Shown here in pieces: positions 30,601 through 39,428 of a stretch of 64,000 bases of DNA. A program made the translations under genes and the position numbers. Under the pieces are notes generated by a model. That model saw only the letters and a list, made by a program, of their open reading frames with translations, was not told where the DNA came from and ran no database searches. The DNA is from Pontiellaceae bacterium (GTDB lineage: Bacteria > Verrucomicrobiota > Kiritimatiellia > Kiritimatiellales > Pontiellaceae). Location of the stretch: contig JBJLEI010000016.1 in NCBI GenBank assembly GCA_045566035.1, positions 1,923 through 65,922 on the forward strand. The letters are read 5' to 3'. Positions within the stretch are counted from its first letter, which is position 1; the number at the start of each line of letters is the position of its first letter.

Positions 30601-30965
30601 CTGGATCCGCCTATTTGAAAATCTCTGACAACAAGCTCATCCATCTCTTCATATTCCGCGTATAACTTAACAATATCTAAATCTGTTAATACAGCTTCGC
30701 TAACAACAACATTTGATTTAATAAATCTAGTATATCCTGAAAAAGAAAATACTACTGTATAAGAACCAGGACTTAAATTATCCATATAAAAAGATCCATT
30801 TTCTGAACTTTTAAACTCATCTCCTGTCTCAGAAATTATTATTTTTACACCGTTTAAAGGATTATCAAAGTCGCCATCAAAAACAGACCCTCGAATAGCC
30901 CCATTGTTTGCATATACAGAAATTGCTAAAAATAAAATTAGTAAGGATATCAAACGTATTACCAC
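27675..30965 (-). CDS. TonB-dependent outer-membrane receptor with N-terminal carboxypeptidase-regulatory-like domain
   Basis: GAIRGSVFD..PL.GV domain; plug (SDAAGALK.VSG, VVRGLPDRY, KSFTPD...GG.V); barrel (GNPNL, N.D.R, ANNLTD); terminal Phe; AGGAG RBS before the GTG start. Confidence 0.94.
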   Translation of the reverse strand: MVIRLISLLILFLAISVYANNGAIRGSVFDGDFDNPLNGVKIIISETGDEFKSSENGSFYMDNLSPGSYTVVFSFSGYTRFIKSNVVVSEAVLTDLDIVKLYAEYEEMDELVVRDFQIGGSSEIGLLNLRMESSALMDAIGADLISRAGASDAAGALKLVSGTTVQDGKYAVVRGLPDRYVVSLLNGVRLPTSDPDKRAVQLDQYPSSLIESVRVVKSFTPDQQGDASGGAVDVVLKTIPEEPTLNFNIGVKVNDNDGQRDFLSYESSNNNYLGQRDFNPPIDHQFGTDPTPQEITGSVGVKRIDQPVNYKWGLELGNNYDISLLGKDVSLGIFSTINYEQSATHTDNLSSDKYTSSLTQIQRANAQGQNILVPYISNWNLEGSGTALTELWDIKKSSYEINWNGAVGVGLEHELFKLNYLHVFTHNTEDSAILAEDTRGRELYNPNYLNSVNPNDDTSKYRAPFRRNETLLYKERDTSSNQLTGEYILPFKKLNIGNILTLNQASIDWNFSNNSSSLKEPNKLILEYLWHPGEEVLVDDPNYNGNYSGGFNNSFNPNNIWLSDYTLTNGQVLSPPELNSEFEDEWDWLLDLQDNSSWALPTHGWYQEDLNGSGSTPGVVVSNATAGSYVPNEAGDQLGNFAIVYKEVIEESDQQTFNYKWDFENWTTEDGFFKIGLFEDKVNRKYFQQSLSNIPDNGLLGSGTLPGFTGAWLDDSSALFANGSRFYDLDFNGTAETELLNTSVFTSLGDISYDGEQHLDAYYYMTKIPISDFLSVHGGARHEKFSLKTFLDPNDVQAAKAILMDNDASSALTPQGNGFTEDADYSRNDILPAIGVDIKPFKNIFLRVNYSETVAKQQFKEVTPILQRDYPGAPIFAGNPNLEASPVRNYDYRFDYTPYPGGLISVSHFKKDIKDPIEYFMTLVGPNVVTFPTNYESAEVDGYEFEIRQDIGRYFYNFKGVNIGGNVTVIKGNVNISDEIERDVMGMPENLYNLFCTYDMDIKDIKIGLFYTYQGDTLKINKPELGTIPAVYSLPYGSLNLSISASLTDNLKLSFKANNLTDPKIQTVFREEGFKDATYTSYTKGKSFSLGLSCTF

Positions 30966-32197
30966 GGAACTCCTAGCCTATCGATAAATTCCGTCATAAC
31001 ATACGTTAGATTAGAAGAAATTTCTACTTCATTTTTAATTAATGAGGAAATAATTATTGTTAAATCTTCAACTCTAGGTTTTGAATTTGGATTTTTTTCT
31101 GATTGAAAAAAAGCATTACAATATAATTCTTCTGACTTATTAAAATCTTCTAGGATAATAAAACATTCAGCAATAGCGCATAATACATCCGCTCTATGAA
31201 TATTGTATATACTTTCTTCTACTCTATCATACTCGTTATGTAACAAAATTGCGCTATCTCGAGCGTCTTCAACTAAACCAATTTTTTTTGCTGTAATGAT
31301 ATTTGATGATTTTAATGGAAAAAATAAACGAGGCCTAAAAGAACTATCCGCAATCCATAAGGAGGCCTCTGTATAATAATCAATTGCTTTGTCATAATCG
31401 CCAAATGAATGTGCAGAAATAGCCATACTGTGTAACCATTCTATTCTAAACATCACTGGCATAGAGGACTCAAATTTATCGATAAGCTCTTCAAGCTGAG
31501 TTCTTTTTTCATCATCCTGATAATATAAGTTATATAATAATACATAACCATCAATCGCCGCTTTTTTTCCTTCAAATGTTTCTCCATTCGCTAAAATATT
31601 ATTTATAGATAAGGATGATTTATAATCAGTTGTTGAAAGTGATTCTGCTTGCTCCTTAATAAAATCGGCTTTTTCAGTTGCTAAAACATTCTGACTCCAT
31701 TTTATGGCATTCTCTTCATCTCCAAAAAACCAATAATATTGAGCAATTGCTACCTTCACTCTATCTAAACGAAAATCATCATAAGTCTCTACTAAATCTT
31801 TATATTCTCCCGTAGCAAAGATCTTACCAGATTTAAGACCCTCAATAGTTTCTACTAAAATCTGAACTTCATTGATCAACTCCTCTGCAATTTTCTTATT
31901 TCCGTTTTTTAGGTTAGCTAATGCAAGATTTGCGGTTAACTTAGGCTTTCTCCAATCTGTGATCCTGTCTAAATATAAATTTATTTTATCTAATTCCTCA
32001 TTCTGAATTAATAATGAAATTAGCGAAGAAAGCTCTCTATTTCTTGTTCTTTCATGCGGTATATCTGGTAATAAACTTATTGCCTTAATAGCATGAATAA
32101 TTATTTCATTTTGGGTTTTTTCCAAGAGACTTGTCGAATATTTTGAGCATGATATAAGGAATATGGAAAACAGTATGAGATAAATAATTTTTTTCAT
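30959..32197 (-). CDS. Putative helical-repeat lipoprotein
   Basis: Lipoprotein signal MKKIIYLILFSIFLIS-C; mostly alpha-helical, TPR-like sequence; stop overlaps the receptor start. Confidence 0.65.
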   Translation of the reverse strand: MKKIIYLILFSIFLISCSKYSTSLLEKTQNEIIIHAIKAISLLPDIPHERTRNRELSSLISLLIQNEELDKINLYLDRITDWRKPKLTANLALANLKNGNKKIAEELINEVQILVETIEGLKSGKIFATGEYKDLVETYDDFRLDRVKVAIAQYYWFFGDEENAIKWSQNVLATEKADFIKEQAESLSTTDYKSSLSINNILANGETFEGKKAAIDGYVLLYNLYYQDDEKRTQLEELIDKFESSMPVMFRIEWLHSMAISAHSFGDYDKAIDYYTEASLWIADSSFRPRLFFPLKSSNIITAKKIGLVEDARDSAILLHNEYDRVEESIYNIHRADVLCAIAECFIILEDFNKSEELYCNAFFQSEKNPNSKPRVEDLTIIISSLIKNEVEISSNLTYVMTEFIDRLGVPW

Positions 32198-32218
32198 TTA
32201 TTAATTTCCTATATATTG

Positions 32219-32252
32219 AAAAAAAGCGACATGTTTTATCATGCCGCTTTTT
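32219..32252 (-). terminator. Rho-independent terminator after the secreted protein gene
   Basis: Minus strand AAAAAGCGGCATG-ataaaa-CATGTCGCTTTTTTT, a long stem with one G-U pair and a U tail. Confidence 0.82.
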
Positions 32253-32275
32253 CTATGTTCAATAACAATCTTTAC

Positions 32276-34045
32276 TTATTGAGCAACTACTTTGTAAAAA
32301 GCAGATGCTGATGCTGTAGTATCGATGTATGATAATTCACTACCATCACCAGTAATCGTTGCAACTTCGCTGTAAGAAGTCCCACTATCACTTGATCGCT
32401 GAATACTATAAGATATTCCAGCTTCTGATGGGAATGAGAATGTAATACCTGTTACAGGACTTGCTATTGTAACCGCTGTACTATTTGCTGTAGTAGTTGT
32501 TAGACCAAACTCAGCAGCAGCCGTCCATCCTTCTAACCAGTTGTAGTTAGAACTAAATGCACCTCTGTAGGATACAGGATCAAAGAATCCATCATTTGTT
32601 GGTAATGAGTCTGCTACGAGAGCATCATTAGCTGCTCGTGGATCTATACTTGTTACCGGAGCGGCTGATAATGCACCATTATACAATGATACAGTAGCAC
32701 CTCTTGTGTATGATACAATTGGTAGATCAGTAACAGCTACTGCGTCATACCCAGCATGTCCGGCAGTCGTAATTTGTGTAATATGTCCACCAAGATTAGA
32801 ACAATTGTAAAGAACTGTGTCTGTTAGCTCGTTCATATAACCGTCTGACTGCGCACTATACAAACTTGCGTCATACCCAGCAGCAGTTATTCTTGTTAAA
32901 TCTCCTGCAGATGAATGCGCGTTGTATGCGATTCCATATGTATCTTCCATGTTAGGAACAGCTTTAACAGCTGTACGACTAGCATAATCTCCACCGCCAT
33001 CAACTGTTGCTCCTGACGCGAAATTCCATCCAGAACCACCATCACCATCTAATTCTTCATCAATTAAAACGTCTGGTACATCCATAAAGATTGAGTTACG
33101 AACTTGCAAACGTACATTATCACGTAATGCCATACCGTGGTCACCTTTTAATTGGTTACCAATAACCGTAAAGTTATATAATGTTGATGCTGTATGAGGC
33201 TCACAGTCAGAATCTTCTGATCCGTCCATCTCAATACAGTTATCTCCTACTCCAGAACCCTGTTTTGCATCAGCTGAATAACCTTGAACGATTAATCCGT
33301 GTTGTACTTTTCCGCGCCATCCCTGATCGCAGTCTAAACTGTCATCACCGATGTTCCAGATTGAAATATATTTCATATTTACTGTTCCACCCCAGATCTC
33401 AATTCCATCATCAACATTGTTCATAATTTCAATATGATCAACTTGAGTTTCACGACCAATACCGCCCATAGATAATCCGTTAAGCTCTGATGCTTCCTCT
33501 AGAACCTGACCTCCGTATCGGAATGATACATAAGATAATGTTCCTGCGTCATAGTTATCGTTATTTCCACCGTAATATTCGGATCCATCACCACGTGCGA
33601 GCAATCCTTCCATGGTTCGAACATGTGTTCCTACAGCACCAGGAGTATCTGTATCCGTTCCATTTTTTAATGCACCTTTGTATACATGGGATGAAATAAT
33701 ACCTTCTCCCATAATAGCTAAAGAGCCCCACTCCTGACATGCAGGACGCCAAGTAGTTCGGTCATCATTTACTGAAGTAAAGATAATTGGTGCATCTTTA
33801 GTACCCTTAGCAAAAATTTGAGCACCGGCAGTTACAGCTAATGTTCCTCCATCACTTGCTATGACAGTTCCAGGTTCAATAGTTAAAGTTGCACCTGGTA
33901 ATACTGTAACACGGTTAGTCATATTATGTGTATCAGATACTTTCCATGTAACAGAATTAGATATATCACCTCCGTGATATAAGGTAGCGCCCTGAACATT
34001 CAACGCAGCAATGATAATAGTTACTATCATGATTTGTTTTTTCAT
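32276..34045 (-). CDS. Secreted beta-helix-type protein of the family found next to TonB-dependent receptors (ElpS-like), with a PVC-type C-terminal domain
   Basis: Signal peptide; GATLTIEPGT, GT...PIIFTS, YGG....D..G.L.YV..RYGG, ELNGLS.GG.G..T.VDHI, DDGIE.WGG.V, DDS.D.D.GW.G and YRGAF....W..GWT motifs; ends Y.IQRS.D...FYKV. Confidence 0.75.
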   Translation of the reverse strand: MKKQIMIVTIIIAALNVQGATLYHGGDISNSVTWKVSDTHNMTNRVTVLPGATLTIEPGTVIASDGGTLAVTAGAQIFAKGTKDAPIIFTSVNDDRTTWRPACQEWGSLAIMGEGIISSHVYKGALKNGTDTDTPGAVGTHVRTMEGLLARGDGSEYYGGNNDNYDAGTLSYVSFRYGGQVLEEASELNGLSMGGIGRETQVDHIEIMNNVDDGIEIWGGTVNMKYISIWNIGDDSLDCDQGWRGKVQHGLIVQGYSADAKQGSGVGDNCIEMDGSEDSDCEPHTASTLYNFTVIGNQLKGDHGMALRDNVRLQVRNSIFMDVPDVLIDEELDGDGGSGWNFASGATVDGGGDYASRTAVKAVPNMEDTYGIAYNAHSSAGDLTRITAAGYDASLYSAQSDGYMNELTDTVLYNCSNLGGHITQITTAGHAGYDAVAVTDLPIVSYTRGATVSLYNGALSAAPVTSIDPRAANDALVADSLPTNDGFFDPVSYRGAFSSNYNWLEGWTAAAEFGLTTTTANSTAVTIASPVTGITFSFPSEAGISYSIQRSSDSGTSYSEVATITGDGSELSYIDTTASASAFYKVVAQ

Positions 34046-34083
34046 TTCGATTTAATCTCCAATTAATAATTTAATCAATAAAA

Positions 34084-34182
34084 TCAAACCAGTCACCCGA
34101 CATGATTTGAAAAAATAATAGATGCAAGACATTCACTTGAAAAAGTACTACCACTATTTGGATTATTATCTTTGTCTTGCAT
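34084..34182 (-). promoter_or_regulatory. Structured 5' leader: two hairpins upstream of the secreted protein gene
   Basis: Perfect 10-bp inverted repeat ATGCAAGACA (34122-34131) / TGTCTTGCAT (34173-34182). Second hairpin on the minus strand: TCAAATCATGTC-gggt-GACTGGTTTGA (34084-34110). Confidence 0.5.
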
Positions 34183-34202
34183 TGGGAATATATAAATAAA
34201 TA

Positions 34203-34288
34203 TATGTTAGTAAATTATGAGTATAATAATTTTATCCGGTAAATGAATGATTTTGAATTAGTTAGAAAATTGTTAGCAAATAGTTAAA
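34203..34288 (-). promoter_or_regulatory. Pho-box-like 11-bp direct repeats facing the TonB-receptor cluster
   Basis: GTTA (minus-strand TAAC) at 34261, 34272 and 34283 with exact 11-bp period, plus one at 34206 (55 bp away, in phase) paired with ATGA at 34217. Confidence 0.6.
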
Positions 34289-34353
34289 GTATGAAAAAAT
34301 AAGCTTGATTTTATTTAAAAAAATAAAAAATTAAAATAATGTTTGAATAATAC

Positions 34354-34372
34354 TATAACTAAATCTTAACAA
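34354..34372 (+). promoter_or_regulatory. Pho-box-like repeat upstream of phoB (ATAACT-AAATC-TTAACA)
   Basis: TAAC at 34356 and 34367 (11-bp period), about 50 bp upstream of the phoB ATG. Confidence 0.5.
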
Positions 34373-34417
34373 TTTACTTATTGAATGGATTTTAGAAATA
34401 ATTAATATTAATCAGTA

Positions 34418-35125
34418 ATGGTCAAGGAACACATTCTCATTATTGAAGATGAACCCGACATTCAAGAATTGATTAAATTTAATCTTGAAAGGAAAAGGTA
34501 TTCAGTTGATATAAATGAATCAGGAGAAGAGGCTCTTAAAACCATTGATAAAGTCAATCCCGATCTAATACTATTAGATATCATGCTTCCAGGAATAGAT
34601 GGCTTGGAAATTTTAAAAGAATTAAAATCTTCAAAAAATACTCGTAAAATTCCAGTTATTATAATCTCTGCTCTTAGCGAAGAGGCTGATATAGTTGCTG
34701 GTTTAGAATTAGGCGCAGACGATTATTTGTCAAAGCCATTCAGGCCAAGAGAACTGACTGCAAGAATTAAAGCTTTGTTAAGACGAAATACTGAAAATGA
34801 AACTAATGATGAATCCGAAAAAATAACAATTCATAACATTGAAATTGATCTAATAAGACATAAAGTAAAACTTGACGGAAAAAAAACTATTCTAACTTTT
34901 ACCGAATTTAAAGTTCTAAAATTATTTATGCAGCAACCCGGAAGAGTTTTTACTCGGTATCAAATAGTTGATGAAGTTCATGGAAATGATTATCCTGTTA
35001 CAGATAGATCTGTTGATGTTCAAATTGTTGGTTTAAGGAAAAAATTAGGGAAAAATGGTGAGCTTATTGAAACAGTACGAGGAATTGGTTATCGCTTCAG
35101 AGAAGATGAACAAGGTGCTGAATAA
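34418..35125 (+). CDS. phoB: OmpR/PhoB-family response regulator, PhoB-like
   Basis: IEDE, LLDIMLPG.DG, GADDY.SKPF and winged helix DRSVDVQIVGLRKKLG..IETVRG.GY; paired with a PhoR-like kinase. Confidence 0.8.
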   Translation: MVKEHILIIEDEPDIQELIKFNLERKRYSVDINESGEEALKTIDKVNPDLILLDIMLPGIDGLEILKELKSSKNTRKIPVIIISALSEEADIVAGLELGADDYLSKPFRPRELTARIKALLRRNTENETNDESEKITIHNIEIDLIRHKVKLDGKKTILTFTEFKVLKLFMQQPGRVFTRYQIVDEVHGNDYPVTDRSVDVQIVGLRKKLGKNGELIETVRGIGYRFREDEQGAE

Positions 35126-35151
35126 GTTACTTCAAATTTTATTTTAACTTT

Positions 35152-36927
35152 ATGAAAAGAAAAGGTCTTTTTTGGTTTTTACTTCCCTCCTATTGGATAA
35201 TTACAATTGCATCCATTACCATTATTTCTATTTACGTTTTTAATTCCATGTCCAATCTTTATTATAAGCAAGTGGAAGAGGATATTCTTACTAGGGCAAA
35301 ATTATTAAGTGAGAGTCTTCGAATTTCAACTATTATTAAAGAATATCGAATTATTAATAACGAAAATGTTGATAAACTTTGCGTTGAATTAGGGGAGGTT
35401 TCAAAAACGCGCTTTACGGTTGTCTTACCTGATGGACAAGCAATTGGAGACACCGATGCCATTCCATCTTTGATGAAGCCTCACAACAATAGAGTTGAAG
35501 TTATTAATGCTCTTGAAGGTAGGATCGGTAAAGATAGAAGAAGAAGTTCAACAACCAATAGAGAGTATCAATATGTAGCAATTCCGTTATTTGATGGTAA
35601 CAATCAAGTTATTTGCGCAGTAAGAGCGGCGATTGAAGTTACAGGCATTCAAAATGAAGTTGGGCCGATGACAACGCGAGTATTCGTAGCTGCAATTATC
35701 ATCAGTATAGCCTCAATGTATGTATGCGTTATTGCTACAAGAAGAATTACCAATCCATTAGGAATAATAACCAATACAGCAAAGAAAATTACTGAAGGTG
35801 ATTTTGAGGAAAAAATCCCTGAACAAAATACAGAGGAGTTAAATCAACTTTCAAACTCTCTTAACCAAATGCTAACAACAATCAATCAACAAAAAAGTGA
35901 ACAAAGTACTATTTTAGAAAGTATGAATGATGGAGTTATGGCAATTGATAATGATGGAAAAATTATTATTGTGAATCCTCAAGCTAGAAAAATTTTAGGT
36001 CTTAAAAACAAAAGAACGAAAAAACGAGATTATGAAAAATTAATAGAAAACAAAAAAATAAAAATAATTATTTTTAGTCTTTTGAATGAAAAAAAATCTA
36101 TGACTGAGGAAATTGAAATTAAAAATGAAGAATCTTCAAAGGTAATTCTTTTCAACGGATCATTACTTTTGAATCCATATAATCAATCTATTGGAGCTTT
36201 ATTTGTCTTAAGAGATATTACTCATTTAAGATTTCTTGAAAAAGTAAAAACAAATTTTGTGGCTAATGTATCTCATGAATTAAAAACTCCAGTTACAGCT
36301 ATTCAAGGATTTGTAGAAACACTTTTATCGTCGGAATTCAACCACAATCAAGATACCCGAAATTTTCTAGACATTATTAAAAAACAATCGGGTAGACTAG
36401 ATGTAATTATTGATGATCTGCTAATGTTATCAAGATTAGAACAAACAGACGTAAAGGTTTTTGTTAAAGATAAAAATATTCTTAATGTAATAAATAATGC
36501 AATTAATCTCGTTCAACTTCTTTTAAATGAAAAAGAAGTAAATCTTAATATAGAATGTAATGAGGAATTACATTGGAATATAAATTCATCCCTATTAGAG
36601 CACGCTTTATTAAATTTACTTACTAATTCTATTAAATATTCTGATAGTTATGTAAACATCGATATAAAGGTAAAAAAATATAAAAATAATTTAATAATAT
36701 CTATAATAGATAATGGTTTTGGTATTGAAAAAGATGATATACCAAGATTATTTGAAAGGTTTTACAGAAGCAGCTCTGGAAGAATTACAGATAAAAATGG
36801 TACTGGTTTAGGGTTATCAATTGTAAAACATATTATTCAGGTACATTCTGGAATAATAAATATTGATAGTAAAATTGGAATTGGAACTACTTTTAAAATA
36901 ACAATTCCTTTTCTCGAGCCTACTTAA
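35152..36927 (+). CDS. phoR: Sensor histidine kinase, PhoR-like (extracytoplasmic domain, HAMP, PAS, HisKA, HATPase)
   Basis: Two TMs; ILESMNDGV.AID PAS; FVANVSHELKTPVTAI H-box; NLLTNSIKY, DNG.GI, FERFYR and GTGLGLSIVKHI motifs. Confidence 0.82.
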   Translation: MKRKGLFWFLLPSYWIITIASITIISIYVFNSMSNLYYKQVEEDILTRAKLLSESLRISTIIKEYRIINNENVDKLCVELGEVSKTRFTVVLPDGQAIGDTDAIPSLMKPHNNRVEVINALEGRIGKDRRRSSTTNREYQYVAIPLFDGNNQVICAVRAAIEVTGIQNEVGPMTTRVFVAAIIISIASMYVCVIATRRITNPLGIITNTAKKITEGDFEEKIPEQNTEELNQLSNSLNQMLTTINQQKSEQSTILESMNDGVMAIDNDGKIIIVNPQARKILGLKNKRTKKRDYEKLIENKKIKIIIFSLLNEKKSMTEEIEIKNEESSKVILFNGSLLLNPYNQSIGALFVLRDITHLRFLEKVKTNFVANVSHELKTPVTAIQGFVETLLSSEFNHNQDTRNFLDIIKKQSGRLDVIIDDLLMLSRLEQTDVKVFVKDKNILNVINNAINLVQLLLNEKEVNLNIECNEELHWNINSSLLEHALLNLLTNSIKYSDSYVNIDIKVKKYKNNLIISIIDNGFGIEKDDIPRLFERFYRSSSGRITDKNGTGLGLSIVKHIIQVHSGIINIDSKIGIGTTFKITIPFLEPT

Positions 36928-36990
36928 TTTATTTTTTTAATATTCAAATAAAAATATTATGTTAACTTGATCAAAAAAAATAGAGTATAT

Positions 36991-38058
36991 ATGTTTGAAC
37001 TTTTTATGATTATTGGTTTTGGATTAGCAGCTTTTTCTGCTATTGCAAATGATTCTATTCAAACTCTTGGGACTTTTCTGAGTTCAAATTCAAAACGTCC
37101 ATGGTGGCTGTTGTGGATTTGGATTTCTGGAATAATGTTTTTTACTATAATGTATGGGTGGTCGATTAATGAATGTGATCCTGCATTTGGAAGACTGGCT
37201 GCTGGAGATAAAAATATCCCTCATCCATTCGATGTTAATGTAAATTTTAGTTGGATTTATATAATTCCTCCACTTGTTCTTGTTTGTTTAACAAAAAGTG
37301 GAATTCCAGTAAGTACTACTGTACTACTTCTTACATCTTTTTCTGGAATACTTGCTCATCAAACAGGTGGTGACATATCAGCAACAGCAATATTTTTAAA
37401 GATGATGGAAAAATCAATTGTTGGATATCTCTTAGCTTTTATAATTGGGTTAGCACTTTTTAATTTCATACTATTTAAAATTGAACGAAAAGTTCTTAAA
37501 CAATCCTTATTAAATGAAAATTCTTTTAACTGGACTATATTCCAATGGCTATCAACAGGATTTTTGTGGTCAATGTGGTTAATACAAGACCTTGCCAATA
37601 TTTTCGTATATCTTCCAAGGCAATTATCTTTTACTTATATGTTTTTAGCCCTGACTTCTATGGTATTGCTACAAGGATATATAATAAAAACTAAAGGTGG
37701 AAAAATTCAAAAAATTGTTACCTCAAAAACAAATACTATTAATGTTCGTTCCGCTTCGCTTATCGATTTCTCATATGGATTAATCTTACTTTTTTTCAAA
37801 TTTGATTATATACCAGTTTGGTTTTCGACAATGGGATGGGATATTCCTTGGCCGGCAAATATGCCAATGAGCACGACTTGGGTATTTCTTGGACTCATAG
37901 CGGGAAGAGAAATAGGAATTGCTATTAATTTAAGACATAGAAATAAAAAAGAAGTAACAAGACTTGTATTAGGTGATTTAGGTAAAGCTACAATTGGGGC
38001 GACGGTGGCAATTCTTATAGCTTTATTACTACCTCTTATTCCTCTTAAATTTTTCTAA
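36991..38058 (+). CDS. PiT/PHO4-like putative inorganic phosphate (or sulfate) permease
   Basis: Multi-TM with duplicated PiT-like motifs ANDSIQ...GIPVSTT and QDLAN...MPMSTT; directly downstream of phoR; ATG 36991 preferred over TTG 36967. Confidence 0.62.
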   Translation: MFELFMIIGFGLAAFSAIANDSIQTLGTFLSSNSKRPWWLLWIWISGIMFFTIMYGWSINECDPAFGRLAAGDKNIPHPFDVNVNFSWIYIIPPLVLVCLTKSGIPVSTTVLLLTSFSGILAHQTGGDISATAIFLKMMEKSIVGYLLAFIIGLALFNFILFKIERKVLKQSLLNENSFNWTIFQWLSTGFLWSMWLIQDLANIFVYLPRQLSFTYMFLALTSMVLLQGYIIKTKGGKIQKIVTSKTNTINVRSASLIDFSYGLILLFFKFDYIPVWFSTMGWDIPWPANMPMSTTWVFLGLIAGREIGIAINLRHRNKKEVTRLVLGDLGKATIGATVAILIALLLPLIPLKFF

Positions 38059-38979
38059 TTACTCAAACAACCAAGTAGACAAGTATCTTTCACCTGTATC
38101 GCATACAATTGTGACAATTAATTTACCTTCATTTTCTGGTCTTTTTGCCTGCTCAACAGCTGCATACACATTTCCTCCAGCAGAAATACCACATAAAATA
38201 CCCTCTTCTTTTGCTAATTGACGAGCCATTTCACCAGCTTGTTCATGGTCTATTTGCATAACCTCATCAACCAATTCAACATCTAAGTTACCAGGAATAA
38301 ACCCAGCACCAATTCCTTGAATTTTGTGAGGACCAGGTTTTCCACCAGATATAACAGGTGAAGAAATTGGTTCAACTGCTACCGCTTTAAAGCTTTCTTT
38401 TCGAGGTTTTATTGCAGATGCAACTCCAGTTATTGTTCCACCAGTTCCAACTCCAGCGACAAAAATATCTACATCACCATTTGTATCATCCCAAATTTCC
38501 TCTGCAGTAGTTAGTTTATGTATTTCTGGATTTGCTGGATTATCAAATTGCTGAAGCATTACAGCATCTGGATTATCTGCTACTAATTCTTCCGCTTTAG
38601 CAATAGCTCCAGGCATTCCTTTTTCAGCAGGAGTTAGAACTAAATCTGCTCCTAAAACTTTTAATAATCGTCTTCGCTCTAAACTCATACTTTCTGGCAT
38701 AGTTAGAACTAAATCTATTCCCTTTGCAGCAGCAGTAAACGCTAAAGCAATACCTGTATTACCACTTGTAGGTTCAATAAGCTTTGTTTTTTCATTAATT
38801 AAACCTTTTTTCTCAGCAGCCTCAATCATTGCTACCCCAATACGATCTTTAACACTATAAAGTGGATTTCTTGATTCTAATTTTACTGCTACATTTCCAG
38901 GCATACCTTCTGTTATGCGATTAAGCATCACCAAAGGTGTTTTTCCAACTGTTTTAGTAATATCTGCATATACTGACAT
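38059..38979 (-). CDS. cysK: Cysteine synthase A
   Basis: SVKDRIG (PLP Lys), [23 protein letters not shown] and HKIQGIG motifs. Confidence 0.97.
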   Translation of the reverse strand: MSVYADITKTVGKTPLVMLNRITEGMPGNVAVKLESRNPLYSVKDRIGVAMIEAAEKKGLINEKTKLIEPTSGNTGIALAFTAAAKGIDLVLTMPESMSLERRRLLKVLGADLVLTPAEKGMPGAIAKAEELVADNPDAVMLQQFDNPANPEIHKLTTAEEIWDDTNGDVDIFVAGVGTGGTITGVASAIKPRKESFKAVAVEPISSPVISGGKPGPHKIQGIGAGFIPGNLDVELVDEVMQIDHEQAGEMARQLAKEEGILCGISAGGNVYAAVEQAKRPENEGKLIVTIVCDTGERYLSTWLFE

Positions 38980-38990
38980 TTTTATTCTCC

Positions 38991-39428
38991 TTATATATTA
39001 AACATAATCGGTTCTTTATCCATAAGCTTTACATAATTTTCTAAACAATCTTGAAGGCTAATGGTAGAAAAATACTTATAGAGCTCTTGAAATGCACCTT
39101 GCCATACATCTTCCATAACCGTACTATCCGATCTACTTTTTCCCTCCATCAATTTATCTACTTGCTTAAACTCCCCTTCTGTAGCAGATAAAATATCGTA
39201 TAATGTAATGTGAATCGGTGCTTTTGTTAATCTAAAACCGCCATGTAATCCACGTGTACTTGAAACTAAACCAGCATTTTTAAGTGGAACAACAATTTGT
39301 TCTATGTAATCGGTGGAGATACCTTCTTCTTCTGAGATTATCTTTTTAGGAACAGCGCCATTGTTTTGCAACCTTGCTATACAAAGCATAATTCTTGTTG
39401 CATATCGTCCTTTTGTTGAAAGTCTCAT
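38991..39428 (-). CDS. Rrf2-family transcriptional regulator (CymR-like, lacking the Fe-S cysteines)
   Basis: [24 protein letters not shown](F) motifs; no Cys triad; directly upstream of cysK. Confidence 0.9.
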   Translation of the reverse strand: MRLSTKGRYATRIMLCIARLQNNGAVPKKIISEEEGISTDYIEQIVVPLKNAGLVSSTRGLHGGFRLTKAPIHITLYDILSATEGEFKQVDKLMEGKSRSDSTVMEDVWQGAFQELYKYFSTISLQDCLENYVKLMDKEPIMFNI

